The notes below the pieces were generated by a model, which had not been told where the DNA came from, searched no databases, and worked only from the letters and a program-made list of their open reading frames with translations. The position numbers and the translations under genes are program-made. Positions 24,151-32,000 of a stretch of DNA of 32,000 bases are shown here, piece after piece (position 1 is the stretch's first letter; the number at the start of each line of letters is the position of its first letter). Location: assembly GCA_028710695.1 (NCBI GenBank), contig JAQTTP010000002.1, positions 30,001-62,000 on the forward strand, read 5' to 3'. Source of the stretch: Candidatus Iainarchaeum sp. (GTDB lineage Archaea; Iainarchaeota; Iainarchaeia; Iainarchaeales; 0-14-0-20-30-16).

Positions 24151-25370
24151 ACTAATTCCTCTGTAAGTTCCCCTTTAAAGGCTTTCTGTAAAATTGATTT
24201 TTTTAATTCTTCTAAGTCTACTAATTTCTTTTCGTAAATTTCTTCAAGTTTCTGCGTTTCTGATGAAAAAGCATTGAATTTATCAATGAATTTTTGCTGA
24301 TCAATAATGCTTTTTGGAAATGTCATCTTGATGTTTCTGATTAGTGGCATATTAAGACCACGCCTATCATTGTCAGAGTCACTAGTTATTTTGCGAATTT
24401 CCGTATATCTATTATTTAGATTATGATAAATGTATTCGGGTAATATTTTTTTAATATCTTTTGGATAAATGCTAACAAGAGATTGATTGCAAGTTGCTTT
24501 AGTACGTAGCATTGCAACCGTTCCACGAGTTTTACCTTGACCGTTTAATGCAATGATAATAGAATTAATGGGAAGATATTTTGTACTTGAATTATTCATA
24601 CCTAATTCAGTTATACGTCCTTCGCATTCAAAAATTTCTTTGAGATTTACGTCTCCAGAAACTAACCAGTTTATTTTACCCCCTTCAAAATATTCTTTCT
24701 TAGCTCTGCTTGGAGTTCCGCCAGTCATCAGATCACAAATTTCTCCAATACTTCTCTCGTCCCATCCTTCGCCTTTATTTTTAAAAACACGTTGCAAATA
24801 ACTTTCAAAAATCTCTTTTACATTCTTCAAATTATTTTCTATATTTTCTTTTGCTTTTGCAATACTTTCAAATGCTTTGTTTAAAATGGTGACGATACGT
24901 TTTTGTTCGGGAAGGGGTGGAATTGGAATCTCTATTTCTTTGAATTTATTCATAGAAACCCCCCCAATAAGCCCTGCTAGACTTGAAGAGAATTGTTTTT
25001 GAAATGATGAACTAAAATAGTAATAGAATACATAACGACTTTCAATACTTTTATTCACAGCCAATGCAAATAATTTGTTCCCAAAGCAGACGTCTTGGTT
25101 TGTAAATCCAATTTTTTTTCCAGCACTACCGCCCTCTCCACAAATTAAAACAGTATTTTTTGGTGCTATTTTAAATTGTTCTCTCTCTTCAAAAGGTATT
25201 TTAATGCCATTCTCATAATCAATAACATTCTCATAGCTAACATCTTTAGTAGCTATAAAAGGGTACCCTTCATTTACATTTGTATATTTAACTTTCTTAA
25301 CCGCCTCATTTATGCTGTTGCCATTGTATACTTTTCCAATGTCTCCTAACTTCTTAACTTCCCAAGCCAT
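24147..25370 (-). CDS. hsdS: Type I restriction enzyme, S (specificity) subunit
   Basis: Two target-recognition halves are separated by conserved helical spacers: PPLPEQKRIVTILNKAFESIAKAKEN, and the C-terminal LEELKKSILQKAFKGEL. Confidence 0.9.
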   Translation of the reverse strand: MAWEVKKLGDIGKVYNGNSINEAVKKVKYTNVNEGYPFIATKDVSYENVIDYENGIKIPFEEREQFKIAPKNTVLICGEGGSAGKKIGFTNQDVCFGNKLFALAVNKSIESRYVFYYYFSSSFQKQFSSSLAGLIGGVSMNKFKEIEIPIPPLPEQKRIVTILNKAFESIAKAKENIENNLKNVKEIFESYLQRVFKNKGEGWDERSIGEICDLMTGGTPSRAKKEYFEGGKINWLVSGDVNLKEIFECEGRITELGMNNSSTKYLPINSIIIALNGQGKTRGTVAMLRTKATCNQSLVSIYPKDIKKILPEYIYHNLNNRYTEIRKITSDSDNDRRGLNMPLIRNIKMTFPKSIIDQQKFIDKFNAFSSETQKLEEIYEKKLVDLEELKKSILQKAFKGELTEELV

Positions 25371-26825
25371 TTATAGCAGCCCCTTTATTAGTTTGAGAAT
25401 GTCTGCACTTTCTTTATCGAGTGTTGCTATTTCCCTAAGTATTTCTTGTGGATCTCGAAGTACTGTTTCTTCTTTTTTATTGGGATTCCTTACAGACAAA
25501 TCATAAGTATCAGTGTTTATATCATTAATATTCACAGTCCAAGAATTATCTGAATCGGCTTTAGTCTTTTGTAATTTAACAAATTCTTCTAGATCTTTTT
25601 CGTTTAATGGATTAGTTTTTCCTAAATTTCTATCCAAGTTCAATTGATAATACCAAATCTTTCTAGTAGGAACTCCTTTCTCAAAGAAAAGCACAACTGT
25701 TTTTACTCCAGCCCCTGAAAATGTGCCTTGTGGCAAATCTAAAATAGAGTGTAAATTACAACTTTCTAATAAATACTTTCTTAATGAAACCGAGGCATTA
25801 TCCGTATTTGATAAAAACGTATTCTTAATTACTATTCCTGCCTTGCCTTGTGCTTTTAAAATTTTTATGAAATGCTGCAAAAATAAAAATGCAGTCTCCC
25901 CAGTTTTAATTGGAAAATTTTGTTGAACTTCTACTCTTTCTTTTCCTCCAAAGGGAGGATTTGCTAAAACAATATCATAACGATCTTTTTCTTGTATATC
26001 AGTAATATTTTCTGCAAGAGTGTTTGTATGAATTATATTTGGTGATCCGATGCCGTGAAAAATCATATTCATAATTCCAATAATATATGCTAATGATTTT
26101 TTCTCTTTACCAAAAAAAGTATTTTTTTGTAGTATTTCCAAATCTTTAGTAGTGAGATTTTTACTGTTTTTCAAATATTCAAAAGCTTCACATAAGAACC
26201 CTGCAGAGCCAACTGCACCATCATAAATTTTATTTCCAATTTCAGGAGCTACAACCTTTACAATTGTTTTTATAAGTGGACGGGGTGTATAATATTCTCC
26301 CCCATTTCTACCTGCATTACCCATATTTTGAATTTTTGCTTCATATAGATGGGACATTTCATACTTTTCAGCATTAGAACTAAACCGCAACTCGTCAATT
26401 AAATTAATTACTTCACGTAAGGTATAGCCACTCTGAATCCTGTTTTTTAGTTCACTAAAAATTTCCCCAATTTTATATTCTATTGTGTTTGCACTTTCGG
26501 CGCTCGCTTTAAATTTTTTAAGATATGGAAATAACTTTTGATTAACAAAATCAGTTAGATCATCCCCCGTAAGAGCTTTTTGATGATCTAACTTACCATC
26601 TTTAGTCTTGGGAACCGCCCAGACACCCCATTGAAACTCTGGACTAATGATGCTTACATATGTTTTTCCTGATAATTCCGCAGAAATGTGTTTTTCTTTT
26701 TCCAGATCATCAAGATATTTCAAAAAAAGAATCCAAGAGGTTTGCTCAACATAATCTAATTCGCTGCTACAACCCGCATCTTTTCTAAGAATATCGTCTA
26801 TATTTTTAAAAATTTGCTCAAACAT
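25371..26825 (-). CDS. hsdM: Type I restriction enzyme, M subunit (N6-adenine DNA methyltransferase)
   Basis: HsdM_N-like N-terminus, SAM motif DGAVGSAGFL, and catalytic motif NPPFGG. Confidence 0.95.
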   Translation of the reverse strand: MFEQIFKNIDDILRKDAGCSSELDYVEQTSWILFLKYLDDLEKEKHISAELSGKTYVSIISPEFQWGVWAVPKTKDGKLDHQKALTGDDLTDFVNQKLFPYLKKFKASAESANTIEYKIGEIFSELKNRIQSGYTLREVINLIDELRFSSNAEKYEMSHLYEAKIQNMGNAGRNGGEYYTPRPLIKTIVKVVAPEIGNKIYDGAVGSAGFLCEAFEYLKNSKNLTTKDLEILQKNTFFGKEKKSLAYIIGIMNMIFHGIGSPNIIHTNTLAENITDIQEKDRYDIVLANPPFGGKERVEVQQNFPIKTGETAFLFLQHFIKILKAQGKAGIVIKNTFLSNTDNASVSLRKYLLESCNLHSILDLPQGTFSGAGVKTVVLFFEKGVPTRKIWYYQLNLDRNLGKTNPLNEKDLEEFVKLQKTKADSDNSWTVNINDINTDTYDLSVRNPNKKEETVLRDPQEILREIATLDKESADILKLIKGLL

Positions 26826-26947
26826 TTTTTATCACCGCACATTTTTCGCGTTTTTAACAAATCAGCCAATTCACACCACTTCTCTTTCTTTCTCTTTTCT
26901 ATCTATATTATAGCTTGTATATTATAGATTATTAAAGATTATAACTC

Positions 26948-27616
26948 TTATGCCATTCTCAAGACATTATTAAGGCTTTTGTTTATTTCGTCCAACGTGT
27001 GCTCAGTAATAAACTTTTCCAATCCTGCTTTAAGCAACAGCACCAATATTGCTTTTTCTAAATACGTCACATAAACATTCAAATTTAATACTGGCATATT
27101 TTCTCCAACCTTAGCAGTTAAGTCTTTTAAAATATTTTTTTTGTTTTGTTGTAAACCGCCATGTTCATTTAATAAACAAATATTTTCTCCTAACCTGCAA
27201 AAATATCCTTTATCAAACTTGCCAGAATTATGCACAATTAGGTCTCTACGCAATATAAACTCGCAAATAAAAAACTTATCCAAAGATTTCAAAACTGTAT
27301 TCTTACAGATCACATCCTTCAATTTATTTTCATTTTTTAAAGCAGAACCGTAGGCCAAGTTTTTGGCAGATTCTAAAAAAGAACACAAAGTAACATAATT
27401 CCCGCATTGAAAATAAAAATCAACTGGGCTGATAACGCTATTTTGTTTAATCGTTTTTTCATGTTCAATTGCTTTTTCTTTTATAGCCCTAAAATCGTCA
27501 ACAAGCCAAGAAAATGTATTTTCAAGTATTTTATCTTCTTTACTTAGTTTTTTATACATTGCCAGATTAGAACTAATCATACAAAAAATGTCGTGAGTTT
27601 CAACCACAAAAATCAC
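26948..27616 (-). CDS. Hypothetical protein with an Rx4H (HEPN-like) motif
   Basis: FILRRDLIVHNSGKFD fits R-x4-H followed by a small/polar residue, as in RiboL-PSP/Abi-type HEPN domains. A GTGA stop/start overlap links it to the upstream gene. The start is uncertain; the internal Met MISSNL is the alternative. Confidence 0.4.
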   Translation of the reverse strand: MIFVVETHDIFCMISSNLAMYKKLSKEDKILENTFSWLVDDFRAIKEKAIEHEKTIKQNSVISPVDFYFQCGNYVTLCSFLESAKNLAYGSALKNENKLKDVICKNTVLKSLDKFFICEFILRRDLIVHNSGKFDKGYFCRLGENICLLNEHGGLQQNKKNILKDLTAKVGENMPVLNLNVYVTYLEKAILVLLLKAGLEKFITEHTLDEINKSLNNVLRMA

Positions 27617-28122
27617 TCAACCAATCTTTTTAATTTCTCCAATTCATCCAAACACAATATCTTCTGTCCTTTCTTTAAACAAGTAAAATCTAATCCTTTT
27701 AGAACTATTTTTGGTTTGCCATAAACATTATAATCTTTTGTGGGCCCTACTAAAGGATCATACTTGTGCCATTTGCCAGTGAAATAAATATCTACAAAGA
27801 TATGACCTGCTACTTGGCTACCTTTTTCTATACTTCTTATGGTTTCAACATATCTTACTGGAATTTTTAAACTCTTGCATAAAGAACAAAACAACAAACC
27901 GGCATCAGTGCAACCTGTTAAAAAACCAGAATTTAATACTTCTAAAGAATTTCGGGTTCTGAACAATTCTTTTTTGTAGCCTGTGTAAGGTAAAGACTTT
28001 AGATATTCAGTTATATTTGTCAAAGTTGATGATATTTTTCTTGATTTTAAAGTATTTGCCAAATTTAAAATTTCTTTTGAATTTGTGATATATTTTGTAA
28101 AATCTAAATACTTTAAAGGCAC
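27613..28122 (-). CDS. Transglutaminase-like (papain-fold Cys-His-Asp) protein
   Basis: GCTDAGLLFCSLCKSLKIPVRYVE supplies the Cys, AGHIFVDIY the His, and KWHKYDP the Asp. GTG start. Confidence 0.6.
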   Translation of the reverse strand: MPLKYLDFTKYITNSKEILNLANTLKSRKISSTLTNITEYLKSLPYTGYKKELFRTRNSLEVLNSGFLTGCTDAGLLFCSLCKSLKIPVRYVETIRSIEKGSQVAGHIFVDIYFTGKWHKYDPLVGPTKDYNVYGKPKIVLKGLDFTCLKKGQKILCLDELEKLKRLVE

Positions 28123-28220
28123 AATTAATTTAACCTACAAAACCCTTAAAAATAGAATACAAATAAACTTTTAACGGACATATTTCCCATCAGTGATGCA
28201 ATGATATCGATAATTAATCA

Positions 28221-29060
28221 TTATTGTTTTATTCCACATAAACAATAATAATATCTTGTCTTGGATTCATGTTTTATACTTAATGTTTTAAAGAAAGATT
28301 TTTGCTCTTCTAAAGAAATAAAACATTCTTGAGCAAGAGGGACCTGCTCTCCTGAAGAATTAAACTCATTTTTGTGGGCGTTTAGCCAGTCACAATAATC
28401 TTCATAAGTTAAACATTCATCTACAAGCCCAATAACACCCCCCTCTAGGGTAATACGCTCGATTTCAGAAGTTGCTTTTTGCTTATCTTGCAAGTTTAAA
28501 TGATGAAAAGTAAAGCCACTAATACAAATATCAAACTGACCTATGTTTTTGGGCAAATTAGTAATACCTGAACAAAAATATTTTGCTTTAGACAACTCCG
28601 CCTTGACTTCAACAGCAGACTTAAAATAAGAAAAATATTTTTCAAAAAGCAAATCTGGCAGATAAAAATTACCTACAATAGTGGATTCCAATGCTTTTTC
28701 AGAAACGTCTATTAAAACTAGCTTTGTTTTTTCAAGAAGATTGTGTTTCCCAAGAATGTCCAATAAAAACAAAGTTGATAATGAACCACCTGCAGAGCCC
28801 AAATCAATTACTTTAATGGCTGGTTTTTTAGAATAATAATCCAAATTAGAACTAATTTCTTTTTCAATAAATTCACATAACTCCTTGTTTCCAATAATTG
28901 GAAACAGTTCCTCTGTTGCCTTTTTATAAATATAATCTTTATCTAATTTTGAAAACCTTTCTTTTGCAGTTTTTGAAAACAAAGTACTAGGAATAAATTT
29001 CATTTCTTCAAATTGTTTTTTTGTTGGTTTAGGATTCACTTTCCAATTTATAGAAACCAT
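28221..29060 (-). CDS. Class I SAM-dependent methyltransferase
   Basis: Motif I VIDLGSAGGSLS, acidic LIDVSEKA, and later GFTFHHL and GGVIGLVDE. The ATG at 29060 overlaps the upstream radical SAM gene by 32 nt. Confidence 0.7.
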   Translation of the reverse strand: MVSINWKVNPKPTKKQFEEMKFIPSTLFSKTAKERFSKLDKDYIYKKATEELFPIIGNKELCEFIEKEISSNLDYYSKKPAIKVIDLGSAGGSLSTLFLLDILGKHNLLEKTKLVLIDVSEKALESTIVGNFYLPDLLFEKYFSYFKSAVEVKAELSKAKYFCSGITNLPKNIGQFDICISGFTFHHLNLQDKQKATSEIERITLEGGVIGLVDECLTYEDYCDWLNAHKNEFNSSGEQVPLAQECFISLEEQKSFFKTLSIKHESKTRYYYCLCGIKQ

Positions 29061-30780
29061 TTTCCATCTTCCTCTTTGTTTTTGAACTCCGCAATGCATT
29101 TAAGTTATTGTAATATTGTTCTTCCAATTCAGAAATATTTTTCTTATAAATTGTAGGCAAACTGACAATTTTTATTTCTGGTTCATCATAAATTTTATTT
29201 TTTGAGCTTAACTCTGAATAATGACTTGCACATTTACTTGGAATCAAAAAGAAGCCATTATAACGCATTGTCAAATTTTTATATTTTTCAGAAATTTTGT
29301 CCATTTTCTTATAATATAAGGTTATTTCTGTTTTTTTAGGAACTAATGACAAAATAATATTTGTTCCAACTTCTAATTTTTTGTTATGCTTTCTTGCATA
29401 ACAATCCAAGTAAGATAGAACTGATTTGTATCCCTTTAGACCAAGACTACATTTTGCAATTTTTGATTTTTCTGGAGTACATGATAAACCCCAGATATTT
29501 TCATAAGGCAAGTAAACATATTCTAATGTGTCTAAAAATAAAGAAATTAATTTTTTGTATATGTTGTTGTGTTTACTTTTTTGAATTATTATTGCTAAAG
29601 AATAGATTTCAATTCCATTTCCATAAAAAAATTTAAAGCCCAATGCTTTTGCATAATCAAGAATTTCCACTATTTTCTTTGCAAAACTTTCATCATTACT
29701 TGCGCCAAACAAAACTTGGTCATCCGTAGGAATTAATGCTGTTGCCCCCAAGCCGCAATAGTAATCCAAAAGTTTTTTACAATTGTCCACCGATTTTTCA
29801 AAATAGCCTTTGCCCCCCGCATGACAAAAATCACAATTTCTTTGGCACCCAAAAGAAATAAAGAACTCGTCTGCAGCAAAACGTACTTGTTTTCCAAGCA
29901 AGTTTATTATTGTATCTATTGGCAAATCCTGCATACTACAACAATAATCCAACAAAGATTCTTTTTTGTCAATTAATTCTTCTCTTCCAATAAGTTCTAC
30001 ATCAATGTCACAAAAATTAAAATATTTTGCTACTTCTTTTTTCCAAAAATAAATATTTCTTTTTCTAATTCCATCAGGCTGTTGATAATTTCTAGGCCCT
30101 AAATTCCTTACTTTTTTGTCTTTAAAATTATAATTTACTCCAGGCATTTCTGACAAAGAAGCATAATCTTTAGTCACAATTCCTTTTAATACATCTTCAC
30201 CACGGTCAGTAACAGTTCCAACAAAAACAAAATCAAAACCCAGATCCAACAAATAGTCTTCATACCCTTCTACACCAGTTCCAGAAGCCAATAAAACAAT
30301 TTTTTCGCCATATTTTGATTTTAGATATTTGCCCACTTTTCCAACTTCAGTTATTCTGCTTTCAAAAGGAGTAGTACACACAAATAAGTCTACAGAATCA
30401 ACCAGTTCATCAAAGCTTTTTATTGACTCTATAGGAACACCAATGTTTCTGAGTTCTATGTTGGATTTGCCATACTCTATTTTTTTATATACTGGACCCA
30501 AATATTTGTTTTTCCATGAAGACGATATAAATAAATTTCTTGGGACCGCAGAAAGATTCAATAATTTAGATTCTAATTTTATATTTCCCAAAGCACTTTG
30601 TAATTGCCTTATAGCAGATAAAATAGAAGTAAATGGATAATTTATTTGCCCATCATAACTTAAGACTTTTCCATCCGAACCAATTAGTTCAAATAATTTT
30701 GAATCCTTGGATGGAACAATCTTCAGCTGAATGTCTTGGGGCTTTATCCAGCAGATTTTTATCTTATCCAAATTTATCAC
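29029..30780 (-). CDS. Radical SAM enzyme with a B12-binding-like N-terminal Rossmann domain
   Basis: CxxxCxxC is present in FISFGCQRNCDFCHAGG. The upstream KIVLLASGTGVEGYEDYLLDLGFDFVFVGTVTDRGEDVLKGI resembles the cobalamin-binding-domain layout of class B radical SAM proteins. GTG start. Confidence 0.7.
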   Translation of the reverse strand: MINLDKIKICWIKPQDIQLKIVPSKDSKLFELIGSDGKVLSYDGQINYPFTSILSAIRQLQSALGNIKLESKLLNLSAVPRNLFISSSWKNKYLGPVYKKIEYGKSNIELRNIGVPIESIKSFDELVDSVDLFVCTTPFESRITEVGKVGKYLKSKYGEKIVLLASGTGVEGYEDYLLDLGFDFVFVGTVTDRGEDVLKGIVTKDYASLSEMPGVNYNFKDKKVRNLGPRNYQQPDGIRKRNIYFWKKEVAKYFNFCDIDVELIGREELIDKKESLLDYCCSMQDLPIDTIINLLGKQVRFAADEFFISFGCQRNCDFCHAGGKGYFEKSVDNCKKLLDYYCGLGATALIPTDDQVLFGASNDESFAKKIVEILDYAKALGFKFFYGNGIEIYSLAIIIQKSKHNNIYKKLISLFLDTLEYVYLPYENIWGLSCTPEKSKIAKCSLGLKGYKSVLSYLDCYARKHNKKLEVGTNIILSLVPKKTEITLYYKKMDKISEKYKNLTMRYNGFFLIPSKCASHYSELSSKNKIYDEPEIKIVSLPTIYKKNISELEEQYYNNLNALRSSKTKRKMENGFYKLESES

Positions 30781-30789
30781 AAAACAATT

Positions 30790-32000
<1,211 letters not shown>

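Noticed and set aside
25112-25119. A T8 homopolymer inside hsdS (a similar A8 lies in radC near 21443) as a possible phase-variation tract
   Set aside because: Runs of 7-9 A/T are common throughout this AT-rich window, in both coding and non-coding DNA. There is no evidence that this one is special, and the frame is intact.
26826-26947. The repeated TATATTATAG motif and near-palindrome upstream of hsdM
   Set aside because: It is very AT-rich promoter-type sequence. The repeat is short and consistent with tandem TATA-like boxes, so it is not distinctive enough to report.

Overview
This is an AT-rich window of roughly 30% GC by eye, densely coding, from an uncultivated-looking small-genome prokaryote. 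I lean towards an archaeon of the DPANN type, but the window cannot prove it. Supporting signs are two TrmB-type regulators, TTTATA-like boxes 20-35 nt upstream of several start codons, and GGTGAT/GGAGG-type ribosome-binding motifs. All protein calls come from reading motifs in the supplied translations; no searches were run.

Left half (1-16 kb), housekeeping and accessory genes:
- a cupin and a class I methyltransferase
- two LivJ-like solute-binding proteins with no transporter partners
- a complete NMT1/SsuA-type ABC importer
- two TrmB regulators, each divergent from a binding-protein gene
- several nucleotide-sanitation or salvage enzymes (MazG-like, NT5C-like HAD, DNPH1/Rcl-like, and a tandem NDT-like-domain protein)
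- two GNATs and an alpha/beta hydrolase

Two roughly 60%-identical Fic paralogs carrying a Doc-like HPFLDGNKR motif sit in inverted orientation at 11.6 and 17.2 kb. Each has the same unusual double-palindrome operator layout around its TATA box, but the half-site sequences differ. One paralog is coupled to a gene for a PEP-utilizer swivel (phospho-His) domain protein.

A roughly 500-bp region at 17.26-17.75 kb that is probably non-coding holds a dense cluster of odd-length perfect palindromes. It is bracketed by copies of a purine-rich ~35-bp repeat.

The right half (18.2-28.1 kb) looks like a defence island:
- a tightly packed four-gene operon of unknowns: a 4-TM protein, a DUF3800-like protein, a 2-TM peptide and an Abi_C/HEPN-patterned protein
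- a 30-codon relic of a restriction-modification methylase C-terminus fused onto that operon's ribosome-binding site
- radC
- a complete type I R-M operon (hsdM-hsdS-hsdR)
- an overlapping pair encoding a transglutaminase-like protein and a protein with an Rx4H (HEPN-like) motif

The window ends with an overlapping pair (B12-binding-like radical SAM enzyme and class I methyltransferase) and a 5'-truncated gyrB.

I found no rRNA, tRNA, CRISPR array, transposase or integrase.
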